A DNA stretch of 63,915 bases, counting the filler, from Chiloscyllium plagiosum (Eukaryota): assembly GCF_004010195.1 (NCBI RefSeq). It is 6 parts of one record of this genome, joined end to end, with 100 filler letters (N's around TTAATTAATTAA, not from the genome) between each part and the next. Parts side by side here need not be neighbours in the genome. Positions count along the whole stretch, not along the records: positions 31,906 to 53,657 come from NC_057715.1; 5 more parts are not named here. One strand, 5' to 3'. The position numbers and the translations under genes were made by a program. Positions 39,598-51,772 of the stretch are shown here, one piece after another (the stretch's first letter is position 1; every line of letters begins with the position of its first letter). The notes under the pieces are model-generated. The model was not told the DNA's origin and did not search any database. It saw nothing but the letters and a program-made list of their open reading frames with translations.

Positions 39598-39832
39598 GAT
39601 TTGGAGATGCCGGTGTTGGACTGGGGTGTACAAAGTTAAAAGTCACACAACACCAGGCTATAGTCCGACAGGTTTAATTGGAAGCACACTAGCTCCTTCA
39701 TCAGGTGATAGTGAAGGATTAGTGTCTTAGGATTGAGTCACACTCAGTCTTAAGAGTGACACTCAGAAAGCTAGTGTGCTTCCAATTAAACTTGTTGGAC
39801 TATAACCTGGTGTTGTGTGATTTTTAACTTTA
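39598..39832. mobile_element. Penelope-like inverted-repeat element, family A, with 10-bp TSD
   Basis: Inverted arms at about 39630-39695 and 39768-39832, tail gatttggagatgccggtgttggactggggt, TSD tacatgtcaa at 39588-39597 and 39833-39842. Confidence 0.75.
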
Positions 39833-41989
39833 TACATGTCAACATTGTAAAAATAGAGTTAATAGGTGTCAGTACAGCATCAATAATTTCACCAGTTCAT
39901 GCAACAGTACTCTAAAGCCTGGGTCTGGGTACACCAATTTTCATTTCCACACCATACAGTTTAACATGAAAATAATATTGACAGCATTAAATAATTGAAA
40001 ACTACAACTAATCTATAATATTTATTTTGAGAAGTCACAACCCAAGACATCTTAAAATGTTTAACTGTAATACTTGGTATTACCTTAGTACAGACTTAGA
40101 GAGTGAAAGTTAACTTTAGCAGGGATGAAAAACTGACAATATCATATCAGCCACCAGCTGTACACTCTACCCAATTTGTTTCTTACAAAGTTGACTGAAG
40201 TTGAATTTTGTCCCATGCATTTCCAAATATCTTTCTGCATATTTTTCAAAATAAAATGGTCATTAAAGTTCCTTTTTAATCTTTAAGCCCACATCAAATT
40301 TAAAAATAAAAGGGCAAGAGGAACACTTTAAATTATATATTTTCAAAATGTTAATTTACTTAAAAGCAAGTCTAAAGTGTTCTGAATGATGTGTCTTTGT
40401 CAAGCATTGTGAAACTGCCTTAACTATATTAGACCTACACCTGCAATTCATTTATATTTCACATGGGACAGGTTCGCAGCCAATCTCAAAGAGGGTGTTA
40501 ATTTCTTTTTAAAATGCATAGCTTTACCATGGTTCATTTCTTTAAAAGAAATTTGTTTTGCACAAAAGCATCCCTACTTTCGTTGTATTTAGCAGCCATA
40601 CAATTAACTGATAAGATGCTATGTACTCAAATTTGGACAAATTTTTAGTAAAAGTTAAAAAGAACTGTCTAACTGATTCATAACCCTTTTACAAACTCAG
40701 ATATAGAGACCACAAAGATATATCAAAATACATCTTGTAAAACTCGCAGTGCAAATCATTTATGTTCTTTACTGATATAGCAGGGAAGTAACTTACTCCC
40801 TTGTTCGGTGTCAAAATCCAAATGCGTATTTCTTAAATTACATGTTTTTTACTCCCTTGTGGAAATAATTTGTTGTCCCTCTAATCTGTCAGGCTCTCTC
40901 TTTACTTCTCATCTAGGAACTGGGTAACAAGCTGTTTAAAAGCTCAAGAATCCATAGGTCTATTATGATGTAAAATGAGAGTCAGTTGAGGACAAAACTC
41001 TGATTTACATTAAACAAACTTTTGTGTTTCTTAATGATGATGGGCTACCTAATTCTAAACTCCATCACCCAATCCACATCCTTCCAATTATTTGATTTTC
41101 CTACTTGACAGCAAAAATGACTCCGTTGATAGTGACGTTTCAAGCAAAAGGATTGTACATAAAAGGTAACATTATTGTCCAGTGCAAAATTCAGCATCAA
41201 TGTTACCATACTTTTTCAAAAATACTTCATGTCTGAAGTTCCAAAAGATGCATAGGTTTAGTAATCATATATTGGAAGGGATGGATGCGCATGAAACTAA
41301 ATATTTGATACCCTTCTATAAGCCTTCAAACAAAATCTTTATTCAATTGAAAGAACTGGGTTTTACTATGATATTCAAATATCTGGATATTAAGTATTAA
41401 TATAGCTGTTTTCTATTCTGGATGCAAATGATGATATTTCAGGCAACCAATTGGACACTAAGTGAAAACATTTAATTCATATCAGGATCAATGCTGACAT
41501 TAGGGTCTTCTAATACTTCAATGAGTTCAAGTTTTTATGTTTCTAGATAAACATAATTCTGAATTCATGTACAAACGGATGGGATGGCTCTAAGGGGTGG
41601 GGTTGAAGGTGGCATTGGTCAACATCAGACAGCAGCCTACCACCATGCTTTACAAGTGCATCATCAAGAATGCTTGCTTCCGAAAAACTTCTGATCTCAC
41701 TGGAAAGCCCAGCATTAACACCCTAACTTTCCTAAGGAAGGGAATATTGTAAGCAAACATATCTCTCAAAGTTCAAACTGTTGCAGTCATCTTAAAAGTC
41801 AGGGTAATGCAATGTCTTACATTTAAAAAAACTCTAAAAAGAGAAAAGAAATTCCAAAGAGCAGCATCAGAATGTCATAAAGTTATAGCTAAAACTAATG
41901 ACATTCACAAAACAATCTATGCATTCTTTCAAAGATCTAAGTAGCAGGAATTTATTGGTATTGAAGAACAAGGTATATTATTTCTATTA

Positions 41990-42193
41990 ACACAAAACCA
42001 AAGAACTGCAGATGCTGGAAAGCAGAAACAAAATCAGAAATTGCTGGAAAAACTCAGCAAGCCTGGCAGCATCTGTAGAGAGAAAGCAAAGTTAACATTT
42101 TGGGTCCAGTGACCCTTCTTCAGAACTTCTTCAATACTTTCTCTCTACAGATGCTGCCAGACCTGAGATTTTTCAGCTGTTTCAGATTTTGTT
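41990..42193. mobile_element. Penelope-like inverted-repeat element in the probable USP35 3' UTR
   Basis: Arms ctggcagcatctgtagagagaaag / ctttctctctacagatgctgccag. Hammerhead relic at 42091-42126 (minus). Degenerate TSD tattatttctatta / tatcatttttatta. Confidence 0.7.
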
Positions 42194-42482
42194 TATCATT
42201 TTTATTATTTTACAAGTAAAATCTGGCACTTCTCATATTTGTTGGCCTGTTGTTTACATGCCATTACTTTAATATCTTTTAACTATGCTTTTTACTAAAG
42301 AAATTCCACAAATTGCCAGTTGTTACTTAATTAACAATACAAAGCAGAAAGCTATTGCAGGAAAACATTTTGAGCAGCCTGAAAGGCAAGTCTCTTTTGG
42401 TCTCTTCAAAGACTAAGTCATGCAGCCTTTTCTAAGTAAGTGGTATAACTGAGGTAGAGAATGATGAAGCTAATAATTATAT

Positions 42483-42650
42483 TTAGAAAATTAAATGTCC
42501 AAATGACCCTAAATCACTGCCTCTCCCAGCAGCTGGACCGCAACTTCCAGAAGAACCTCCATTTTCATCATCATCAAATCGCCTCCACCACACTGGCGTC
42601 GTAGCAAGTGGGAGACGGTCAGATCTTTTCCTTGCTTCCTTTTCTTCTTC
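42483..42650 (-). CDS. USP35: USP35 terminal coding exon
   Basis: Acceptor tctcttctag|GAA at 42651/42650, phase 0, compatible with the upstream donor. Translates EEEKEARKRSDRLPLATTPVWWRRFDDDENGGSSGSCGPAAGRGSDLGSFGHLIF then TAA (42483-42485). Matches the recalled USP35 C-terminus (EQEKEAR...FDED...GGC.P...LVF). Not in the ORF track. Confidence 0.92.
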   Translation of the reverse strand, partial: EEEKEARKRSDRLPLATTPVWWRRFDDDENGGSSGSCGPAAGRGSDLGSFGHLIF

Positions 42651-43269
42651 CTAGAAGAGAGTTACACAAATCACCACATGCAGTATTGGCTTGTTTTCTT
42701 TAGATAAATTCAAATGTTTCCCAAAAAGATCTCTCACACAAATTAGTGCAGCCTTTGTTCTGATAAAGAAAAATTCCTTCAATTACTCAATATTGCAACG
42801 TTCTTTTCCCAGTAGATAGTAGAACCTTGTAATAATAGGATTCAATGTTCATTCTCAGGAAAAGCCTATTATCACGATCACCTTTAGATTTTCTTCATGT
42901 TTTGGTAACTTCACCAGCTGATTATAATTGTAGATACAAAATGGCAACTTGCAGACAACAGGTTCAATCTGTAACTACACTAGGCCAGTTTTCTATTGCT
43001 TTGATGCATCTACACAAAGTATTTTTAAGTAAATAATTTAACTGCTTAGTTTAACTTGCAAAATATATGGTTTAGCTGGTAATTTCCAGACTGCATTCAA
43101 GGAAAGACATATCACTTCATATTACTTTCAAAGTTGGAATATATTTTGTCAATTCTAAATGTGTCACTGGGCAGTGCCTGGAAGCTGGAGCAACCTACAG
43201 CATGCTTACTCAACTCCAAAATGTAGCTGTCAACTAACTTTAAAGTAACTGCAGAAATGTTTGAGCTGT

Positions 43270-44680
43270 TATACAGTTATACAGTATAGAAATAACATCT
43301 TTGGCTCACCATGTCTAAGCCAACCAACAACCACCAGACAATGCTAACCCTATTTACCTGCACTGGTCTATAGCCTATTATGCCTTGGCATTTTAAGCGC
43401 TTGTCCAGGTGTTTTTGTAAAACATTACGAGAGCACCTGCTTCCCACATCTTCTCAGGCAGCACATTGCACATTTCTATCATCTTCTGCATAAAAATTAT
43501 TTTCCTCAGATCCTCTATAAACCACTTAATCTTCAGTTTAAACTTATGACCTCTGGTCTTAAACATGTCTGTCATGAAGAAAAAGATTCTCATAATCTAT
43601 TTTAGATATGCCTCCCATAATTTTGCATACTTCAATCAGATCCACCCCCACAACCATGTCTGCGTTGGGCAAAACAAATCGAGCTTAACTCGTCTCTCCA
43701 CACAACAGACAACATCCTAGCAAATCTCCTCTGCACCCTCTTCAGCACAATCACATCCTTCTGATAGTATGGTGACCAGAACTGCACACAGTATTCCATC
43801 CGTGGCCTCACCAATGTTTTATAAAGTTGTGATAACTCTGTTCCTATATGCTACGCCCCAGCTAATGAAGGCAATTATCCCATATGCCTTCTTCACCACC
43901 TTATCCATGCTGACACCTTCCAGGACCTGTAGACTTACACAAAGTCTCTTTGTTCCACTATAGTCCCTAGGAACCTAATTTTCCCTTGTTCGACCTCCCA
44001 AAATGCATCATCTCACACTTATCAGGAATAAATTCCATCTTCCTTTGCTCTGCCCAATCTACTACCAATTCTAGTCTATAGCCTGAGACCATACTCTTCA
44101 TTATCAATACCACCAATTTTCATGTCATCTGCAAACTCACTAATTAGACTCCCATCAAGTCATTAATGCACATGAACAGTAACAGTCCAAGCATCAATCC
44201 CTATGGTACAACCCTGGTCACAGATTTCCAATCTCAAAAACAATCGTCCAGCATCATCCTTTGCCTTGGATTTGGAGGCCAATTTTGGAACCAGTTTGCC
44301 AATTTGACTCGGATCCCATGGGCTTTTGGACTAGTCTTCCATACGGGACTTTGTCAAAGGCTAAGCAAATCACATCAACTACACTATCCTCATCAATATA
44401 GTTAGTCATCTGTTCAAAAAGCTCAACTACATTAGTCAGACAGGATCTCCCTTGAATAAATACATGCTGACTATCCCTGATTAACCCTTGCCTTTCCAAG
44501 TGTTGATTAACCCTGTCCCTCAATCTTTTCCAATATTTCCCACCAATGACATTATACTAACTGGACTGTAATTAACTGCCTATTCCTGCTGGCCTTCCTG
44601 AATAAAGGAACCACATTAACTATCCTTCAGTCATTTGGCACTTTACTTGGGGCCAGCAAACTATTAAATATCTCCATCCT
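43270..44680 (-). mobile_element. CR1 LINE fragment in the USP35 last intron
   Basis: VRPRMEYCVQFWSPYY, SQH.F..GRSCLTN and AFDKVP motifs on the minus strand. Confidence 0.88.
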
Positions 44681-45392
44681 TTATGCCCACTAAAATAGCT
44701 AACACCAGCTCCTTATTAATCTTACCATGCTCTAGACCTTACCATTCCAAATAAATTCTCTAGCTACAATGTCTGTTTCCCAGAACAAAAAATAATGGTA
44801 AAATAAGAACCACTTGACCTATTCAAAAATTACAAATATTTATCTTATAATGGCACAATCTCTGGCTGTATACTTGGGTTCAAAGAGAATTTTAACAAAT
44901 TTTCAGAATTTTCAAACAGCACATTCTAACACAGTTATATAAATAACTTTTCCCTCATCCAAGCAGCATGGAACTCATTTGATCTTGAAATATTTATTCA
45001 TCAGTCTATAAAAAAAGGGAAATATCAATACAGAAGAAGGAAGTTTGGCAAAATCTCTCCAAAAACTATGCAATAGTTTGATCAGCAAATTCAATTATCT
45101 TCTATTATTTCTTAGGAAACCTGTAAATAGCCATTAAGATATAAAATGGTACGCTAGACATGGAAACACTAATTACATTTAAAATTAATGTTATTTTAAA
45201 CTATAAACACGAAGCACCAAAATAGGATATTCAGCTTAACTTATTCAGATTCTTCATTGTCATATACAATTGAAATAATTAAATCTTGCAATAATATTTA
45301 AAGTTGGAAGGTGAATAACTGCACATAGAATTTTCAATCTGAAAGCAGATTTCCATTGACACTTAAATGCTATGATATGATGCTCAGATGAT

Positions 45393-46106
45393 CAATTCCG
45401 GATTTTTCCATTACTTCACTTATCCAAACTGCATGATAAATTTTATTCATTTTTATAAAAGTATTTGGTATCTCCATTAATTACTTTGTATTATTGAAAA
45501 GAGAAATTTTGTCAAAAAACACTTCACATCTTGCACTCATCAGCTATTTTGCAAGGACACCATGCCCTGGTAAGACAAAATGCTTTGACAAAACATCTTT
45601 TTTCAGCAATACTCAAGATCTGTACTACCAATTACTTTTGCAATGGAAAAGGCCTCAAAAAGGGGAAAAAATGCTTTTCTCCAGCTTTAGTACAAACATC
45701 CCAATTTTGTAAGTACGTGCAATTCTATAATCACCCCAGAGTTAACAAATTTGATTACTGAAATGTAAGCAAAACCTTCCAATACATTGAATGGTCCATG
45801 GTGAAGCACTACTTCAGAATTTAAGCACATTATCAAGGCCACCAGTACAGTGCAGTTGAGGATGAGAGTGGAGATGAGGGATTAAACGGAGACCACATTC
45901 ACCTGATATGATGGTAGGAGAATCCATAGCATTATTTCAAAGAGCAATTCCGGATTTTTCCATTACTTCACTTATCCAAACTGCATGATAAATTTTATCC
46001 ATTTTTATAAAAGTATTTGGTATCTCCATTAATTACTTTGTATTATTGAAAAGAGAAATTTTGTCAAAAAACACTTCACATCTTGCACTCATCAGCTATT
46101 TTGCAA
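45393..46106 (+). repeat. 162-bp near-perfect direct duplication (45393-45554 and 45945-46106)
   Basis: Direct comparison shows one mismatch (ttattcatt vs ttatccatt). Confidence 0.95.
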
Positions 46107-46245
46107 TTTTTTATCCCTCAAATTAAAAGCATACATATATAAGGTTATAAAGCTGTTTGTTGGGTGTTGCTTCTTGCATTACCACACTGATGAAATTTTA
46201 AGAAGCACTTAATTGACTGTAAAGTGGATTGAGATTGACAAAAAG
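45780..46245 (+). mobile_element. Old Deu-domain SINE (SacSINE/AmnSINE-like) interrupted by a templated insertion
   Basis: catagcattatttcaaagagca...tttatccctca...gctgtttgttggg...aagcacttaattgactgtaaag follows the recalled DeuSINE consensus order. Confidence 0.5.
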
Positions 46246-46554
46246 TAAATAAAAGTGTATTTTCTTCCTTTATTCCTCCAATTAAAAATTCAGTTCTCGT
46301 TCATAATTTAGGTACAGCATATGAAATTCTATTTGTCACACTCTCTGGATTAAAAGGTCCCTCAAAAGAGCTCACGGTTTCAAATGCGCCCTTTACTTCA
46401 AAATAATTACAGGCAGGCAAAAAACTACTTAGTCTACTTTAATTTTCCCCTTTTCTCACCAAGCCAAAATTTCCACAATGGACCACATTGACTTGATTTG
46501 GTGTTTCTTGTAGATTTCCTCTTATTTGCCTACAAGCCCCAATTCACATCATAA

Positions 46555-48110
46555 AAAGAACATAAGACGTCAGAATAGAAGTAGGCCATTCAACCCACCG
46601 AGTCTGCTCAAGTCCGATCAGTGAGATCGTGGCTGATCGGATAACCCTCAACTCACTTTCCTGCCTTTTTCCCATAATCTTTGATTTCCTTTCAAATTAA
46701 AAATCTATCTCCGCTTTGAATATGCTTAATGACCCAGCCTCAATTGCTCTCTGCTGTAAAGAATTCTACAGATTCACCATCCTCTGAGAGAAGAAAGTCT
46801 TCATCGATCTTAAATGTGTGAACCCTTATTCTGAGATTATGCTCTCTGATCCTAAACTCTCCCCTGAGGGGAAACAACCATTTCACATCTGCCTTGTGAA
46901 GTCCCCAAGAATCTTGATTATTTCAATAAGGGTCCTTCTCATTCTTCTATATTGCAATGACTACAGGCCCAGTCTACTCAATCTCTCATTTTACAGAGTC
47001 CCTCCGCACCCTATCAACTAAATGAATCTTCCTTGGACTGCCTCCAATGACAGGTTTTTTTTTAAATAAAGGGACCAAAACTGCTGTCAGTATGCCTTGT
47101 ACAGTTTTCGCAAAAACTCCCTACTTTTACCTTACATTCCCTTTGAAAGAAAGGCCAATATTCCATTTGCCTTCCCTATTAAGCGATCAGCGTGGATACT
47201 AGCTTTTCGTGATTCATGGATGAGGACTTCCAAACTCCTCTGCTCTGTAGCTTTTTATGATCTTTCTCCATTTAAATAATACTACCCTTGTCAAAATCCA
47301 TAAATTCACATTTTTCCACATCATATTCCATCTTCCAAGTTTCGGCCCAATTTACGACAATTTACCTCTTCCTTCTGAAGACTGTGTGTCATGCTCAATA
47401 CTTGCCTTCCCTACATATTTTTGTACCCTTTGCAGATTTGGCTATAGTGCATTCATTTTTCTCATTCAAGTCATTGATATGTTGTAAATAATTGAGACCC
47501 CAACACATATCCCTGTGGCACACCACCAGTTACAGGTTGTGATCTTGAAAATGCCCCTTTTTCCAACTCTGTTGTCTTTTAGCTTATCCACGCTTATACT
47601 ACTTCCAAAACTATGGGCTTTTACCTTATAAGGTAGCCTAAAGTGTGATACTTTATCAAACACCTTCTGACAATCCAAATAAATTGCATCCACTGCTTCC
47701 CTTTCATCTATCCTGCTCATTATCTGCTCAAAGAATTCTCAAAATTTGTCAGATGTGACTTGTCAGTCATGAAGCCATGCTGACTCTGCTTAATCATATT
47801 ATGTACAGGGCGCAAAATCATTTTCCACGGTTTCAGTTAGCCATGGTTTACAGCAGCCCTAACATATTAAAGGGAGCCTTCCAGAACCATGGACCAGGAG
47901 GCTGCCAGGAAGATAAATTTCCCATTTAAATGAATGGGTTCGCTCCTATCCACGGTGAGCCTTGGAACGTATGCCCCGCGGTTAAAGAAGGGACTACCGT
48001 ATTTCCAAATGCTCTGCTATTACATCCTTAATTATAATCTTGAATATCTTCCCAAAAAAGATGTTAAGCTAACTGACCTACAGTTACTTGTGTTTTTGTC
48101 TCCTTTCTCT
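46555..48110 (-). mobile_element. CR1 LINE fragment hosting the Tigger MITE
   Basis: VDAIYLDCQKVFDKVSH (47466-47720 ORF); 3' tail at about 46555. Confidence 0.82.
47806..47999 (+). mobile_element. Tc1/mariner Tigger-type non-autonomous DNA transposon (MER44/Tigger7-like) with TA duplication
   Basis: TA at 47804-47805 and 48000-48001 interrupting a CR1. Internal tttccacggtttcagttagccatgg and terminal cttggaacgtatgccccgcggttaaagaagggactaccg resemble recalled MER44 ends. The left TIR is degraded. Confidence 0.65.
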
Positions 48111-48179
48111 GAGACCTCTCTTGCATTCTTTACCCCATGAATTGAAGCAGAGAGTGATAGTAGAGGAAATATTTCTTTC

Positions 48180-50240
48180 ACTGGATCTCTGTTTCCATTG
48201 GAGTCCTGCAGGGTTTGGACCTGTTTGTGATGTGCATTAATGATTTGAACTTAACTACAGAAATATGATCAAAATATTTATGGATGACATGAAAATTGGT
48301 AGCGTGGTAAATAAAGAGAATAACTGTAAAACTCCAGGAAGAGATCAACAGACTGCTCACATGGGTAGAGCAATGGCAAATAGAATTCATTCCAGGAAAA
48401 TGAGAGGTAATACACTTGGAGAGGGCTAACAAGGCAAGAAATTTCATATAAATGGTAGAATCTTGTAAAGCACTACAGATCGAAGACCCTGAAAGTAGCA
48501 GAGCAGGTAGCTAAGTTGGTTAAGACAACAATTGGGATACTTCCTTTTATTAGCACAGAATAAAAGAGCAACAAAGATATGCTGCAACTGTACAAAACTA
48601 CAATTAAATCACAAGTGGAATACAGTATGCAGTTCTTAACGCCATGTTACAGCAATTATGTAACTGCACCAGAAAGGATGAGAGGAGGAGAATTACCAGA
48701 ATGCTGCCTGAGTGGAGGGTCTGATTTGTGCGATTTAATAGCAAAGCACTTGGGAAAAGTGACAGATTTGGACATAGTCATCATGGATTTATGAAAGGAA
48801 ATCAGGCTTGACAAAACTACTAGAATTTTGAGAGGTTGTAAATCAGTGGATGTAGTTTACTTGGACTTTCAGAAGATTTTCAACAAGGTCCTATGCAAAT
48901 GGTTAGCATTTAAAGTTAAAGTACATGGGGATTGGGGTTAGTGAACTGACATGGATGGAGAGCTGGTTTTCAGATAGAAAACGGGCAGGAATGAGATCTT
49001 TTTCCAAGAGGCAGACAGTAACTATTGTGGTACCATAGGAATCAGTGCTTGGACCCCAACTATTCACTACATATATATTACTGATTTATATGAGGGAACT
49101 AAATGTGACTCTCCAAGTTGGCATTTGACACATAGCTGAGTGGAGGATGAGCTGAGAGGAGGATGCAAAGATGTTCCAGTGTGATTTAGACAAATCGAAT
49201 GAATGGTCATGCATGGCAGATGAAACATAACATGGATAAATGTGAAGTTATCTACTCTGATAGCAATAACAGGATGGCAGACATGGAATGAGCTGCCAGT
49301 GGAAGTGGCGAAGGCTGGTACAATTGCAACATTTAAAAGAAATCTGAATGGGTATATGAATAGGAAGGGTTTGGCGGGATATGGGCCAGGTGCTGGCAGG
49401 TAGGACTATATTGGGTTGGGATAGCTGGTCGGCGTGGACGAGTTGGACCAAAGGGTCTGTTTCTGTGCTGTACATCCCTATGACTCTATCTGAATGGTGA
49501 TAGATTAGGAAAGGGGGGAGGTATGATGAGACCTGGTTGTTCTTGTACTCCTGTCACTGAAAGGAAGCATGCAGGAGCAGAAGGTATGAAAAGGCACATT
49601 GTATATATTGGCCTTCATAGCAAGACGATTTGGGTACAGGAGCAGGGATGTCTTGCTGCAATTGTATAGGGCCTTGATGAGACCTCACCTGGACTACTGC
49701 ATGCCGTTTTGGTCTCCTTATCTAAGGATAGATGTTCTGGCTATTGAGGTGGTGCATAAAAGGTTCGTCATACAGATTCTTGCCATGGCAGAACTGACAT
49801 ATGAAGACAGACTAGATTGGTTAGGACCGTATTTATTGGAGTTTAGAAGAACAAGGGAAGGGTTCTCATACAAACCTATAAAATTCAAACAGGATTAGAC
49901 AGGATAAACCCCAGAGTCAGAACGTCTCATAGTATTTACACATATTTAGGTATTCATTTGTATTACCATAATTACTGGGGCTATGGGCCAAGAGCTAGCA
50001 AATGGGATTTGTCCAGTTAGATCTTTGTTGAGTGGTGTAGACATGATCAGCTGATGTGGATAAATTAATTCCTCTAATTGGGGAATTAAGAACAAAAAGG
50101 ATGCAATCTTAAAATTCGAGTTAGGCATTCAAGAGCAAAATCAACAAGCACTTCTTCCACTAAGGTTAACAGACATTTGCAACAGTTTTCCACAAAAGCC
50201 TGAGCAAGTCTGAGGCTTTTTTGAGTTTTCAAACAAGTAT
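48180..50240 (+). mobile_element. Cluster of nested CR1 fragments
   Basis: LQLYKT...EYSMQF; LLQLYRALMRPHLDYCMPFWSPY; a young CR1 3' end inserted at about 49283-49490. Confidence 0.8.
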
Positions 50241-50514
50241 TTGTTGCGCAAGTACAATGATCAGAATTAGAGTTAGAAATCCTTCCTGGACTAAGGAGTG
50301 GCTAAAAAAAAAACTACTAGACAAATCCTGCTGTAGGCAGATTAATAAATTAGACTCCATTACAAATGCAACCTACAGGTTACCTGGATGTTTGGACAGT
50401 TTACTACAGATTTTACAGCAATGGTGTCATCAATTCTTACAAAAGCAAACTACCCCTATAATATAGTAAACATACAAATGAGCAATTTTTAAAGTTCATT
50501 GCAAATTCACATAC

Positions 50515-51772
50515 CTGTAAATACTGTATATTGTCCTTGGCAATTGCTTCCATTAGCTCTTTGCTTAATGCTGCTTCTCCATGCAATCTAACACTAGCTG
50601 AAGTATGTTCATCATCTAAGCATGTATGTTTAGTTCCTCGTTGTCTGTAGAATAACACATAAGCAGTATCTTTGGGAAAGTAATTTGTAACATTGCTGAC
50701 AGATTCAAAAGATGAAAATGAAACTCTAGTATCATTGTATAAATACCACTGATCACCAGCTTTACTGTCAGCTTCCAAAATGACTCTTGGGCCAATTTCA
50801 GAGTTAGTAGGAACACATTCTCTGCCATAGCAATAATAATGTCCACTTTCAGAAGATATTCCAGAGTGCACAACGACACAGCAAAGGTCATAGGTAACTG
50901 ACAAGGATTTGGCATCATCTGCAAAATATTTCCAGCTTGCAAGTTGACACATGGATTTTTCAGTATTAATTATTTGTTCATCTTTTTCAGTGGCAATCCT
51001 AATGGGTAGTTTGAGAACTAATGGAATTGATACATTGTCCAGAATTTTTTTCCGTCTCATTGTTATGAGGTCAAAGGAAAACCTTAACAAGGTCAAAATG
51101 AGATAATGTGGACTCCTTGTTAATTCAACAACTTTTTCTGCTTCTTGTAAAGAGGTGCATTTATCACAGTAATATCTATTGTCACCAGACAGCATTTCTG
51201 GTGAAAGAAAGTAATTTATGAGGTCAGACACTGATCTAGAACTTGGCGAATCACATGCTTTCTCCCCTGTGGCAATTGCAAAGTCATTCTTTAGCATGGA
51301 GCTAAATGGATAGGAACTATCATCTCTCTTTACTCTAGAGTAAGGAGGATCATCTTTTTTCTCTTTTGCATGGGAACCTAATATTTCAAACGGTACAACA
51401 CGTACAGAAGGCTCTTTAGATTTTGTTTGTTTTTGCTTAATTGGAGATTTAGTAGCCTTGTGTTGTGCTTTAGTTTGAGATGTCATATTTCCAGAACCTG
51501 CCATCTCTGTTGAAAGATTAGAGTCATATGAACTGCCAGATTGCTGCAGAACTTTACTATGTGGTGGAAAAGCCAAGGATAGATCTGTAAAAACTTCTTC
51601 TCGGAAAGAAACATTACGACAGCGATAACAATGGATCTTGGTCACCATCTTTCCACCAAACATTCTTTCTATTAATGTTTTCCCAGGGATTTTATCTTCT
51701 AAATGGCTATCACTGCATGCATGTTTCAGTCTGTGGGAAATTGTTTTGCCAGTCTTTTCCTCCTCATGTAGC
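50515..51772 (-). CDS. USP35: USP35 (ubiquitin carboxyl-terminal hydrolase 35), penultimate coding exon encoding most of the C-terminal USP catalytic domain
   Basis: Acceptor ttttccag|G at 51773/51772 and donor CAG|gtatgt at 50515/50514. Reads (R)LHEEEKTGKTISHRLK...IERMFGGKMVTKIHCYRC...FTDLSLAF...YFLSPEMLSGDNRYYCDKC...LILTLLRFSFD...VVVHSGISSESGHYYCY...WYLYNDTRV...DTAYVLFYRQR...MEAIAKDNIQYLQ. This contains two CxxC zinc pairs and the His/Asp boxes. Segments such as RLHEEEKTG, GE.C.S..SRSV.DL.NYFLSPE and SFESVSNVT match recalled USP35 better than USP38. Confidence 0.93.

Noticed and set aside
50437..51663. 408-aa ORF as a standalone intronless gene or retrocopy
   Set aside because: It lacks the Cys box. 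The frame extends upstream to a splice acceptor at 51772, and homology stops at a GT donor at 50514, continuing in the exon at 42650.
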